Assembly: GCA_030599585.1 (NCBI GenBank) | Contig: JAUVNS010000011.1 | Span: 1 to 64,000, forward strand | Length of the DNA: 64,000 nucleotides | Direction of reading: 5' to 3' | Source: Promethearchaeota archaeon | GTDB lineage: Archaea; Asgardarchaeota; Lokiarchaeia; Sigyniarchaeales; SOKP01 | In this document: in pieces, positions 27,763-37,558 of the stretch | Layout of the letters: the number at the start of each line of letters is the position of its first letter | Position numbering within the stretch: position 1 is the first letter of the stretch | The notes under the pieces: model-generated | The model's database searches: none | What the model saw: only the letters and a program-made list of their open reading frames with translations | What the model was told of the DNA's origin: nothing | Made by a program: the position numbers and the translations under genes

Positions 27763-28869
27763 ATGTTATTGTCAGAAATGAATAGAGAATTATTACAACA
27801 ATTATACAATATTGCAATATCAAGAAACCCAATCCTTTTCTTATATACAATAAAAAAATTAGATAAAGAAAGACCTTTTCTGAAAAAAATCCAAGAAAAA
27901 GGATATTTTACTATTAAAGAATCAGACGATAAAGAGATTCTAAAAATAATCAAATTTTTTGATAAATATCCTGATGAAGAAAGATATAGTATGGCAAAAT
28001 CATTTATTAAAAAACTAACTTTATTAGGGATTTCCTATAAATTAGGAGAAGGAAAGTACAGTATTGAAAATCAATTAAATATTAATTTTGAAAAAGGCGG
28101 TGCATCATTAAAACAAATCCATAAGAGTGTTGGAGGCGGATATACTAAATCTTATGTTCAGAAAGTTATAGTTGGTAAGCTAAAACATCCAAGATCCCCT
28201 AATGATGGAAAGATTTATCCCATAATTAATTCTGAATCAATTCCAAATCAGAAATCTAAGCTTTTTACACTTGATGAGATAGTATATAATGCCATTGAGA
28301 ATGAAGAAAAGAATTTAAAAGGAGTGATTTCAGAATTATTTTTCTATGAATTAGAATTAAGACAATATTTTGAGGAAATTCTGAATAAAAGAAAGAAATT
28401 ATCTCAGATACAAGTACAATTAGAAAATTTCGATAAAGAAATTGAGGTTTTAAAATCAGAACATAACCAAATAAATAAAATAAATGAAGCTATCAAGAAA
28501 AATCAAGATTTTCAAGAAAAATTTGAATTATTAATAGAATCTATGAAAGAAATACAGAATAAAAGAAAAAGAATAAGTAAGTTAATCAGAGAATGTTCAA
28601 ATTTTAAGGTTCAGGTTGAGAACTTCTTGAAAAAAATAAATAGATTATCATTCGCAGAATTACAATCATTTTTTGGAATTTTTACAGAGTCAATTTCACA
28701 TTTTAACAACAAGAATATCAATCTTTTTCAAATACTAGATAAATTGATTCATAATTCTAAGATTATTATTAATGAGATGTCTACAGATAAAATTTCTGAA
28801 ATAAAATATGATTATCAAGCAAAAAATCTTCAATATATAAATTTAAAGAATAAAGTTCAATCGTATTAA
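27763..28869 (+). CDS. Hypothetical protein with a wHTH-like segment and a long C-terminal coiled coil
   Basis: GASLKQIHKSV..TKSYVQKVI..KLFTL (wHTH-like); heptad-rich C-terminal half. Confidence 0.6.
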   Translation: MLLSEMNRELLQQLYNIAISRNPILFLYTIKKLDKERPFLKKIQEKGYFTIKESDDKEILKIIKFFDKYPDEERYSMAKSFIKKLTLLGISYKLGEGKYSIENQLNINFEKGGASLKQIHKSVGGGYTKSYVQKVIVGKLKHPRSPNDGKIYPIINSESIPNQKSKLFTLDEIVYNAIENEEKNLKGVISELFFYELELRQYFEEILNKRKKLSQIQVQLENFDKEIEVLKSEHNQINKINEAIKKNQDFQEKFELLIESMKEIQNKRKRISKLIRECSNFKVQVENFLKKINRLSFAELQSFFGIFTESISHFNNKNINLFQILDKLIHNSKIIINEMSTDKISEIKYDYQAKNLQYINLKNKVQSY

Positions 28870-28903
28870 TCATTTTATTTTATAAAAGGGTTGGAAAAAT
28901 TAT

Positions 28904-30451
28904 ATGGTCATAGAATATAATGATATTACTAAAAGATTAAGTGAGATTTGGAGATCAGGTAAACCCAATTTAATTGCTCAACCTGAATATCTTATGATTC
29001 GTGATCCAATTCATGGAATGGTTAAACTAGAATGGTATCAAAAATATTTAATTGATCAACCTTTCTTTCAGAGACTAAGAGGAATCTCTCAGTTAGGATT
29101 TACCTATCTTATATATCCTGGAGCAATTCATACTAGATTTGAACATAGCATCGGTGTCTCTTATCTAGCAGAAAAAGTTTTTACTGTTTTAAATGAATTT
29201 GATCCTATGTTAGATGAATATGATATTACATTAACTAAATCTGATTTAATTCATATCAAATTAGCTTCATTATTGCACGATATTGGACATTTACCGATGT
29301 CTCATTCGTCAGAAATTATATTCAATAGACTTAATTCAGAGAGAGAAAAAATTGATATAATCAAAAAAGACTTAATAGGAAATGCAAATCATAATGTGGC
29401 ACCTCACGAAATATTATCCGCCTGGTTAGTCTCGACAGATTATGTTAAAGAAGTTTTAAATGAAATAGAACAAAAACTAAATAAAGAATTAGAATCTGAT
29501 AAAGTAAAAATAAATCCAGATGATATTAAGTCAATGATTTTAGGATTACCAACTAGAGATATCAAAAAGTATTTTCTTTCGAATATAATTCATGGTGAAC
29601 TAGATGTTGATAGAATCGATTATTTATTAAGAGATGCTCATCACACAGGTGTTCCCCATGGTCAAGTTGATTTAACTTATTTATTATCAACAATATGTTT
29701 AATTCCAGATAAAGAAAATGATGGTTTGTTAAAAATTGGTATTAAACGTAAGGGATTACAATCTGTTATTGCCCTTTTATTATCAAGAGCAACAATGTAT
29801 CCAACAGTATATTTACATCATACGAGCAGAATTGCTGAAGAAATGTATTTGAGAGCACTCTATCATGCTATAATTAAAAATAATTTTGAAAGTCTTAATT
29901 TATTACATTTTAATAATAGTCAAATTCTTGAATATTTAAGAACGCTCCCAGGAATTCCAAATCAAATGATAGAAAGAATAATGCGAAGGGATTTGTACAA
30001 ACGTGTAAATTCATTTCGTTTCAATTCGGAAATTATTAAAAGAAATATTCGGAATAATCAATTTACCATTTCATTGCACTTGGAAACAGAATTCTTAGAT
30101 TATAAATTCTATAATGATTTTTCTGATCTTATTAAGTTAGAAAATGATATTGCAAATATAAGTAATGTAGATTCTGATGAAATAATTATAATTAACTTGT
30201 CAAAAATACCTCAAATCTCCGATATTAATAAAAAATATAATATTTATATTAAAGAACAAGATGAATCTGTATATTCACATATTTCAGATTCTTCCTTCTT
30301 GATTTCGGCAACCCAAATGGAAGATTTTCAAAATTGGGAACTCCAAATCTGCTGTCCTGAAAAATCTAAAGAGGATGTTAAAAGGTATTTTAAAGAGAAA
30401 TGCCCTTTTCCTATTCTAAACTCCAAATCTATTTCAATTGTAGATTTTTAA
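28904..30451 (+). CDS. HD-domain dNTP triphosphohydrolase (SAMHD1/COG1078 family)
   Basis: IRDPIHG, FQRLRGISQLG, YPGAIHTRFEHSIG, LLHDIGHLPMSH, ELDVDRIDYLLRD, RATMYPTVYLH. Confidence 0.92.
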   Translation: MVIEYNDITKRLSEIWRSGKPNLIAQPEYLMIRDPIHGMVKLEWYQKYLIDQPFFQRLRGISQLGFTYLIYPGAIHTRFEHSIGVSYLAEKVFTVLNEFDPMLDEYDITLTKSDLIHIKLASLLHDIGHLPMSHSSEIIFNRLNSEREKIDIIKKDLIGNANHNVAPHEILSAWLVSTDYVKEVLNEIEQKLNKELESDKVKINPDDIKSMILGLPTRDIKKYFLSNIIHGELDVDRIDYLLRDAHHTGVPHGQVDLTYLLSTICLIPDKENDGLLKIGIKRKGLQSVIALLLSRATMYPTVYLHHTSRIAEEMYLRALYHAIIKNNFESLNLLHFNNSQILEYLRTLPGIPNQMIERIMRRDLYKRVNSFRFNSEIIKRNIRNNQFTISLHLETEFLDYKFYNDFSDLIKLENDIANISNVDSDEIIIINLSKIPQISDINKKYNIYIKEQDESVYSHISDSSFLISATQMEDFQNWELQICCPEKSKEDVKRYFKEKCPFPILNSKSISIVDF

Positions 30452-30518
30452 TAACTTAATAATCGTATTATTAAGAAATAAAAAAAAATTACATGAAAAA
30501 GCCATTGGACAGACAATA

Positions 30519-30836
30519 ATGAGAACAAGACAGAAGAATAACAATAAATTTGACATAATAAATCAGGTATTATTTAATAATGAAAAGAGTTATGAAGAAT
30601 TGGAAAAAATTTTTAAGACTCCTACAGTTATTGATAGATTATTAAAGGAATTTAGAGATTCAGGAGCAATAATAGAGATTCCAAGATATAATATGATTGA
30701 AAAAGAAGCTAGAAGAATAAGTAATCCCGAATTAATATAACCAATAGATTCTGATGAATATAAAAAATGAGAAAAAGAAATAAAGGAATATCTTGAAAAA
30801 CAATTTGAAGAAAAAGGAAAATCTAAGAAAAATTAA
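30519..30836 (+). pseudogene. Small wHTH-like gene remnant with in-frame stops at 30738 (TAA) and 30768 (TGA)
   Basis: Frame continues as PIDSDEYKK*EKEIKEYLEKQFEE..* after the track ORF 30519..30740. Confidence 0.4.
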
Positions 30837-30847
30837 AGTTTTAAAAA

Positions 30848-31105
30848 TTATTCTTTAGCAACTTTTCTAACTATATCTGCTATATTACCCCTTTTCTTAT
30901 ATTGCCATTTTCTTATCCTTTGCCCTCGATATTTATCATTTTTTTTAAGCCATCTCAGCCAAGTTAGAAGAGTCTTATCTGCTTTTGATCTGTTACATGC
31001 TTGACATGCGTTCACTGTAGTAACCCCTCCTTTACTTTTAGGTTTAATATGTTCCTTTTCTATTTTCCAAGAACTCCCACAGTATTTACAAACTTTTTCT
31101 ATCAT
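30848..31105 (-). CDS. Small HNH endonuclease
   Basis: CKYCG..EHIKPKSKGG..NACQACNRSK. Confidence 0.85.
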   Translation of the reverse strand: MIEKVCKYCGSSWKIEKEHIKPKSKGGVTTVNACQACNRSKADKTLLTWLRWLKKNDKYRGQRIRKWQYKKRGNIADIVRKVAKE

Positions 31106-31551
31106 CTGTTCTTTTCACGATTTTTATATTTTAATATGATTAGCTTGAAAGCATTTCTAAGGTGTTTAGGTTCCACTATAACCAATTTATTATCAAGTTC
31201 TTTTCTAAACTGCTTGAAATTTTCTACTTCAATGATTTGATTTTTCTCCCATATATGATTTTCCAATAATAATTCAATTCTAAAAATAGTTTTATTATCC
31301 TTAGAATATATCTCTAATATTTTAAAGGGAGAATCTAAAATTCGTTCCCAACCGCCTAGATTACCTTTTGGCGTGTAAAAAGTTTTTATAAGACCATATT
31401 CACCCATCTCAAAGAAATGTTTCCAACTATTATTATCTTTAAATAGAACTTTTAATTTGGTAGTTACTGCTAAGATTTTTTTAAATTCACTAAGAGGTTT
31501 TTCGAAAGAACTCGGAAATAGATAAATCTCTTTATTTACTTCATTATGCAT
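31102..31551 (-). CDS. Hypothetical protein
   Basis: ORF overlapping the HNH start (ATGA-type coupling). Confidence 0.55.
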   Translation of the reverse strand: MHNEVNKEIYLFPSSFEKPLSEFKKILAVTTKLKVLFKDNNSWKHFFEMGEYGLIKTFYTPKGNLGGWERILDSPFKILEIYSKDNKTIFRIELLLENHIWEKNQIIEVENFKQFRKELDNKLVIVEPKHLRNAFKLIILKYKNREKNR

Positions 31552-31632
31552 TAATAAACACCCATTTTTCTTTATTTTTTGTTTAATTTATTTTTAGTCT
31601 TTATTATTAATATAAAGCAATTTTGTTAAGTT

Positions 31633-32719
31633 TTTTGAGATCAATTTTATTAAATCATAAATAGTTAATAGTAGTATAAAGTAATTTAAGACAAATTATG
31701 TTACTATGAAGGTAAACGAGTTATTGGATGATATAGAAGAAGAACATTATAATATATTAATATGATATTTAGATTTATCGAAATTAAAAGGCATCAAATC
31801 TAATAAAATTATTCCTGAAAAAAACTACTGCAAATAAAGCCCATGCCCCTTTAAAAGTCTGAATTCTTTTTTTTTCGGTTCGTTAATTATAAACTTCGTA
31901 AACTAATATTTATATATAGTAAAAACAGAATTATTTATCATCAGATTGGTGCCTTAGAGTCGAACACCCCCCTTTTCAAGAGCTCGTTCACGACGTCTGC
32001 AGTCCCTTTTCTAAACGCACAATGAAAATGAAAACAAATGTAGTGTGTGTCGCCTTTTGTCCACAAAATAAAGTGATCGGGAGAAGAAGGGTTTTCAATT
32101 ATTTTTTCGCACAACACACACTCTAACAGTTTTTTTTTAAAATAATCCTCGTCGGGGCGGTAATTTGACAAATCCCGAACCAAATTCCGAACATCCGAAT
32201 TAAATAAGTCGTATATATCCGCATGGTCAACCTCTTGGATTTTCTCGCCTTTAATTAATAATTGATTCATAATTTTTGTCTACTATTATTTTTGTAGGTA
32301 TCGTATTTAAGTCTATTGTAACCGAAATATGGGGTTTTAAATGTCCTAATTGAACCTTTATGATTTTTCATATCGTCTCGGTTAAATCGTGCCTGAAATA
32401 CGGTCTAAAAAAAATTATAAAAAATCCACTATTTTTGTATTCGCAAAGTGAGATTACACGACGATTTATCGGTAAAAACTAAGCTCTGTCAAATCGTCAA
32501 TTACTCCCTCTCTACTATCGTTTCGCGAGGAGAAAAAATCTTGATAATTTTAAGGTGTATTTTTGTACTAACGAAAAAGATTGCTATTTTTAGGGTTTAA
32601 AGTGTAAACGAAATAAAAATCAATTCTTCAGGGTATTTTTCAAAAAATATTTCATTATTAATTTTCTTTAAAGTTTTTGAGATTGATTTCTGTAGAACAA
32701 AAATAGTAAACAGTAGTAT
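31633..32719 (+). repeat. Imperfect 45-bp direct repeats (31633-31677 and 32675-32719) flanking a small Zn-finger-like gene
   Basis: ttttgagatcaattttattaaatcataaatagttaatagtagtat versus ttttgagattgatttctgtagaacaaaaatagtaaacagtagtat (35/45 identical by manual alignment). Confidence 0.5.
31941..32270 (-). CDS. Small putative Zn-binding protein
   Basis: CVLC...HFHC motif; locally more GC/CpG-rich than neighbours. Confidence 0.55.
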   Translation of the reverse strand: MNQLLIKGEKIQEVDHADIYDLFNSDVRNLVRDLSNYRPDEDYFKKKLLECVLCEKIIENPSSPDHFILWTKGDTHYICFHFHCAFRKGTADVVNELLKRGVFDSKAPI

Positions 32720-32970
32720 TCACTATTCAAGGGATAATACCATTTATAAACTTTACGCAAAGTTTAAATACTAAATGTTAAATGAACATTTTAAGTTATT
32801 TATAAAGGCAAAATTCTCTACATGGAGAAAGCAAGAATATATAAATCTGAAATTTTATTTACCTAAATAGAGTTTCGAGGATAGTTTTTTGCTACATATT
32901 TAAATAGATTATAATAAAAATAATTTTGAAATTAAAGAACTTTATATAATAAAAATGGAATTAGAATAAA

Positions 32971-34980
32971 ATGGGTAGCATGAAAGAAGAGATCAAAAAA
33001 GAAATTATAAGTAGATTTGAACAAGAAATTGAAAAGTTTAATCTTGGTGAGCCCCATAAATCTGTCTCACAGATACATGAAGAGTTTAAAGAGCATTTTA
33101 GTGATAAAACAATCCAAAACATTGGTAAAACCTACTTTCCTGAAGATTATAAAATAATATATAGTAAACCTAAAGTATCACAAGAAGTGTATAGGGATAT
33201 AAAAGTAAGAATTGCTATTGAAATTGATAGATTTTATTCAGGCTATTCAGCAACTCCTCTTGAACAGATTTATAAAGAATTTAAAAATGTTATAAATTCT
33301 GTAGATACAATTTATTACATTGGGAAGAAAGAATTTCTTGATGAATATAATGAAATTTGGGCAAGACAACCTCTTCCAGATGAAGTCATGAGAGAAATAA
33401 TAAATATTTTAAAAAAAGAGATTTTAAACTATAAGAATGGAATAAAACCGAAATCAATAAGTCGAATTCACAAGGACTTTCAAGAAAAAGTAAAATCTTC
33501 TTCTGTTATTGCAAAGATAGCTAGAGGGAACTTTCCAAAATACTACTATGAAATATGGACTAAAGTTAAGATAACACCTGAAATTAAAGATAAAGCAATA
33601 AAGAGAATAAAAAGAGAAATAGATTTTTATAAAAGTGGTCATGAACCCTTGTCAATACGAGATATATGGAAAGAGGACTTTCAGCCTTATATGTCAGAGG
33701 GTCAGCTTGGTGAGATTGGAAGAAAAGCCTACCCGGAAGATTATGAACTTATTTGGGGTGCTTATAGAATACCTGTCGAGGTTAAAGAATATTTGATTAA
33801 AACTATAAATAATGAGATTTCTAAATATGATTCAGGAAAAACACCAGATTCCATACGCCAAATTCAACAGAAATTTGGTAAATGGGTTAAATCAAAAGAT
33901 CATATAATTTCCATAGCAAAAAATGTGAACTCTGAAAAATATGACGAAATATGGAGTATCCCTCGTATTCCAGAACATATTAAAATTCAGGTAATAGAAG
34001 TAATAAGAAATGAAATTGCTAAATATAAAGACGGCTTAGAACCAAGAAATATTAAAGAAATTTGGGAAGATAATTTTATTCAAGTTATTAAAACTAGAGA
34101 TACGATTAGTGATATAGCAAAAAAAGCATTTCCAAATGAATATGATCTTATTTGGGGGAAAGAAATCCCTGATGATAAAAGAATAGGAATTATTCAAGAT
34201 ATCCTTGATTATGGTAATCCTAATGTTAGAACAATAGGACAAATTGCACATAAATATGGAGTAAGCAATACTACAGTTATTCGCATTTCAGTAAACGAAG
34301 TGAAGGGTTGCTACACCTCTTTTAGTCACGAAGAGCGATTTCCACAAGATTTTTTCGCAGCATTAGGAACTATTTTACATAATATAATTAAATATTTAAT
34401 CACAGCTCATTTTTGGAGGAAAAATTCAAAAGCTTACTCAGAGATAATTGTAGATTTCAACACCCGTGTTTTAATTGATAATTTTTTCCTTAATGTCAAA
34501 TCTCATAACTATTTATATAAAGTATTAGAATGTAATAGATATTTAGTAAAAGAAATGCATTTAGATATCGATGAAACAAGAAATATAAATGGTTTTATGT
34601 TTGATTACACTAATGATGTTTCAGAAAAAAATATAAGAAAAAAGGGTAAAAAATATCAAAAAAAAGACAAGTTACTATTCATTGTAGGGACGAGATGGCC
34701 TAGGAAATATAAAAAGAGAATTATTGAAACAAGCTTTAAAAACATAAGGATAATCAAGCATGACTTGTTTGCTGAATTTATTGGGATAGATGGTAAAATA
34801 TTAGATATATTTAATTATGCTATTGGACTAAATTATATATTTGATCTAAATGCTTTAAAAGAAACTTTAATGGGTATTGAGAATAATTTTCTAAAGAAAT
34901 TTGGTAGAGATTTATTTAAAAATGATGACCTTAAAAAAGATCTTGAAAAAAAAGGCATAAGATATGATGATTTTTTTTGA
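32971..34980 (+). CDS. Protein with six ~66-aa HTH-like repeats, a seventh HTH and a C-terminal putative PD-(D/E)XK nuclease domain
   Basis: Repeats ..EI..Y..G..P.SI..I..F...S...I..I.K..FP..Y..IW; IGQIAHKYGVSNTTVIRI HTH; GTILH..YSE..IDN..FDYT..KKYQ nuclease-like region. Confidence 0.7.
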   Translation: MGSMKEEIKKEIISRFEQEIEKFNLGEPHKSVSQIHEEFKEHFSDKTIQNIGKTYFPEDYKIIYSKPKVSQEVYRDIKVRIAIEIDRFYSGYSATPLEQIYKEFKNVINSVDTIYYIGKKEFLDEYNEIWARQPLPDEVMREIINILKKEILNYKNGIKPKSISRIHKDFQEKVKSSSVIAKIARGNFPKYYYEIWTKVKITPEIKDKAIKRIKREIDFYKSGHEPLSIRDIWKEDFQPYMSEGQLGEIGRKAYPEDYELIWGAYRIPVEVKEYLIKTINNEISKYDSGKTPDSIRQIQQKFGKWVKSKDHIISIAKNVNSEKYDEIWSIPRIPEHIKIQVIEVIRNEIAKYKDGLEPRNIKEIWEDNFIQVIKTRDTISDIAKKAFPNEYDLIWGKEIPDDKRIGIIQDILDYGNPNVRTIGQIAHKYGVSNTTVIRISVNEVKGCYTSFSHEERFPQDFFAALGTILHNIIKYLITAHFWRKNSKAYSEIIVDFNTRVLIDNFFLNVKSHNYLYKVLECNRYLVKEMHLDIDETRNINGFMFDYTNDVSEKNIRKKGKKYQKKDKLLFIVGTRWPRKYKKRIIETSFKNIRIIKHDLFAEFIGIDGKILDIFNYAIGLNYIFDLNALKETLMGIENNFLKKFGRDLFKNDDLKKDLEKKGIRYDDFF

Positions 34981-35035
34981 TTCCTAAATGTTTGCAACTT
35001 TTCATATTAGTCAATAGTAACTAAAAAAAGGATTA

Positions 35036-35779
35036 TTATGGTAATGAAATTGCAGATTGTTCTTCTCCAATAATGAAAGTATAGCTATATAAAGTTTCAG
35101 TATGACTCCCATTATGTTGAATCGAAACTGTGCTAGCTTTAGGGCCAAACCGTTTAAGTATACTAATTATCTTCCCCATATGACCAATGTTTTTTCCAGA
35201 TACAATAATTGCTAGGTGACCTTCTTTAAATTTTAGATGCTTTATAATCTGTTGATCTGGAATACTGATGCTCAAGACATCCATGCACCGATACACATCT
35301 TCTTTAGGATTTTTCGGATCTTTAACACTGATAAAAATATTCCTTCCATCGTGCAAGTTTAATTGTATATTTCCCCCTTTTAAGGTAGTCTTTTGCGTTA
35401 TTCTGCATAGTTTGAATGTGCTTTCTGCTTCAGGAATTTCGTGTAAAATTAATCCATGATGTGAGTCAGGTAAAACGCGAAAATGTGTGTTTGTTTTTAC
35501 GATACTTAGTACATCCATTAATCCAACTGGAAATGTTTTATCCTTAACAACCTTTCCATCGACTTTAAAATTCCCTAAACCTATTAACTTTTTTGCTTCT
35601 CTGTGGTTATCAACAATCTCAAAAAGATCTCTCACGATATGTAATAAAGGCAAGCAAAATCTACTCGGATGAGGTCCCGGTGAAGGGGTTATAAAGAATT
35701 TACCATGCTTTCTTTTTATCTGTAAGAATTTAGGTGTGTTCAGTCTTTTTAGCGATCTTGAACCTCCATGCCTCGTCAT
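35036..35779 (-). CDS. rps4e: 30S ribosomal protein S4e (eS4)
   Basis: LKRLNTP..PSPGPH..FPVGLMDV..QLNLHDGRN. Confidence 0.96.
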   Translation of the reverse strand: MTRHGGSRSLKRLNTPKFLQIKRKHGKFFITPSPGPHPSRFCLPLLHIVRDLFEIVDNHREAKKLIGLGNFKVDGKVVKDKTFPVGLMDVLSIVKTNTHFRVLPDSHHGLILHEIPEAESTFKLCRITQKTTLKGGNIQLNLHDGRNIFISVKDPKNPKEDVYRCMDVLSISIPDQQIIKHLKFKEGHLAIIVSGKNIGHMGKIISILKRFGPKASTVSIQHNGSHTETLYSYTFIIGEEQSAISLP

Positions 35780-36211
35780 TTAATCCTTTTCCTCCTCTTT
35801 TTGTTTTTTTGGACCTGTTAGGCCCTCTTCTCTGAATCCAAAGACCGCTTTTCTTTCAATCATACTCGCTCTCCATGGATCCATTTTTTTCTCTTTCTGG
35901 AATTTTGTTATAACCATTTTTGAGATGTGGATAGCGGGGTGAAATTGAGTCCCATCAGTTTTATCAAAAGTAGCTTCTTTGATTTTTGCTCGCTGATTTT
36001 TAGTGATTTCGATGACCTCTCCTTCAAAATCCTTGAATTCACCTCTTATTATTCTGACTCCATCTCCCACTCTTAGGGGAAGTGTTTTAATTCCGTACTC
36101 TTCTCGTACGAAATCAGCTACTCTTACAGTTAATAATTTTGACCTCTGATGGTTTTTATATCTATACAATGATTTTCTTTGCTTTCGAGGTTGTTTCGAT
36201 TTTACTTTCAT
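35780..36211 (-). CDS. rpl24: 50S ribosomal protein L24 (uL24)
   Basis: SKQPRKQRK..LRVGDGVRIIRGEFK (KOW). Confidence 0.95.
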   Translation of the reverse strand: MKVKSKQPRKQRKSLYRYKNHQRSKLLTVRVADFVREEYGIKTLPLRVGDGVRIIRGEFKDFEGEVIEITKNQRAKIKEATFDKTDGTQFHPAIHISKMVITKFQKEKKMDPWRASMIERKAVFGFREEGLTGPKKQKEEEKD

Positions 36212-36237
36212 TTCTCTTATCTCTTTATCCTGATTTT

Positions 36238-36663
36238 TTAAATGATTAACGATGAAATTGATGCTAAACGCGGAAATAATTCTGCTGCTTCTCTTGCAAT
36301 AGGCCCACGAATTTCGGTTGCTTTGGGGTCGCCTTCCTTAGTTATTATTACACCAGCATTATCCTCAAAACATAATCTCGTGCCATCTACTCTCCTATAA
36401 ATCATTTTTTGTCTTACGATTACAGCTTTAACAATATTTCCCCGTAAATCTGGTCGACCTTTTTTAACAGTTACTGTACAGACTGACCCTACTGATGCTT
36501 TTGGTAATCTTCTCAATCGTGTTTTGGAACCGTCGACATTAATAATTTGAGCGATTTTTGCTCCAGAATTATCAGTAATAAAAATTCTCGTACCGTTTTG
36601 GACACCATAACTAGTTCTAGGTTTTGATAAGGTTTTTCTTCCAAGTTTTCTTCTTGTCCCCAT
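36238..36663 (-). CDS. rpl14: 50S ribosomal protein L14 (uL14)
   Basis: DNSGAK..VKKGRPDLR..FEDNAGVI..GPIAREAAE. Confidence 0.97.
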   Translation of the reverse strand: MGTRRKLGRKTLSKPRTSYGVQNGTRIFITDNSGAKIAQIINVDGSKTRLRRLPKASVGSVCTVTVKKGRPDLRGNIVKAVIVRQKMIYRRVDGTRLCFEDNAGVIITKEGDPKATEIRGPIAREAAELFPRLASISSLII

Positions 36664-37017
36664 TTAATTCTCAGCTCCTGCTTTTATTTTATCTAAGACG
36701 ATAAACGCTTTAGTTTTTGATAGTTTTCTACTTTCTCCTACTCGGACTAGATCCCCAACTTCAATATCATTCTTTAAACATTCAGGAAGATGACATGATA
36801 GACGCGAATTTCGTCTTTCATAACGTTGATATTTCTTAACAAATTGAACATAATCCTGTCTAATTACAACTGTGTTTTTGGATTTTTTATTAACGACGAC
36901 TCCTTGAGTAATTTTACCTCTAATTCGTGTATTCCCATGAAAAGGACAATCTTTATCATTACATTCACGATTTGATGGAGGATTAACTCCTGGAATGCCA
37001 ATATTTCTAACGCTCAT
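36664..37017 (-). CDS. rps17: 30S ribosomal protein S17 (uS17)
   Basis: DKDCPFHG..KKYQRYERR..GESRKLSKTKAF. Confidence 0.96.
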   Translation of the reverse strand: MSVRNIGIPGVNPPSNRECNDKDCPFHGNTRIRGKITQGVVVNKKSKNTVVIRQDYVQFVKKYQRYERRNSRLSCHLPECLKNDIEVGDLVRVGESRKLSKTKAFIVLDKIKAGAEN

Positions 37018-37021
37018 TTTA

Positions 37022-37312
37022 TTATCTCGACCACTTCTTTTTCTTTAAACTTCTCAACCTATTTTCTGGAATGCCTACAATTTTCGATCCGTTAACCTCT
37101 AACATTCCATTATCAAGTGTAAATCTAAAAATATAATCTTTCTTGATGTATTTTTTTATTTCATTATTTTTTTCTGATATTAACATATTTTGAGTATCAT
37201 CAATTACAACGCCCACATCCATAAATTTAGAATGAGTTGGCTTCGATTTAAGTTTAGCTTGGGCTCTAAAACCTATTAAATCGTGGTAGATCAGATACTT
37301 TGGACTAATCAT
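37022..37312 (-). CDS. rnp1: Ribonuclease P protein subunit 1 (Rpp29/POP4)
   Basis: HDLIG..GVVIDDTQNML..VNGSKIVGIPENR; canonical position between L29 and S17. Confidence 0.9.
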   Translation of the reverse strand: MISPKYLIYHDLIGFRAQAKLKSKPTHSKFMDVGVVIDDTQNMLISEKNNEIKKYIKKDYIFRFTLDNGMLEVNGSKIVGIPENRLRSLKKKKWSR

Positions 37313-37521
37313 TATAATTTCAACAATTTCTCTTCATTTTTTACTGTAAGAATCCTTGCGATTTGTTTTCTCAGTATTTTCGCTTTCGCAGGATTATCTG
37401 CAATACCGCCACCAGTTTGTTGGCTGTATAACATCATCAATTCTTCTCTTAGGGTTATTAAACTTCTTTCTCTTTCTCTTTCATCCATTTCCCGGACTTT
37501 ATTTGCGGTTATTATATCCAT
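37312..37521 (-). CDS. rpl29: 50S ribosomal protein L29 (uL29)
   Basis: VREMD..LREEL..NPAKAKILRKQIARILT. Confidence 0.94.
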   Translation of the reverse strand: MDIITANKVREMDERERERSLITLREELMMLYSQQTGGGIADNPAKAKILRKQIARILTVKNEEKLLKL

Positions 37522-37558
37522 TTTTTAGTCGCTCTCCATATTTTTATTTCATATTATA

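Larger units (their letters stand above)
1..35000. mobile_element. Accessory defence / mobile-element-derived genomic island (left boundary outside window)
   Basis: Dense nuclease/defence genes (GmrSD, HEPN, HNH, DUF559, HD dNTPase, SMC), phage-like small ORFs, several pseudogenes and patchy base composition; abrupt switch to housekeeping genes at rps4e. No integrase or att site seen. Confidence 0.65.

Noticed and set aside
30738-30770. Selenocysteine or stop-codon recoding in island genes
   Set aside because: The interrupting stops are mixed (TAA at 2740 and 30738, TGA at 30768), there is no Sec context or visible SECIS, and all long genes use the standard code; simple pseudogenisation is more likely.
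32280-32970. tRNA or att site at the right island boundary
   Set aside because: No tRNA cloverleaf or integrase seen; only a weak hairpin near 32505-32533.
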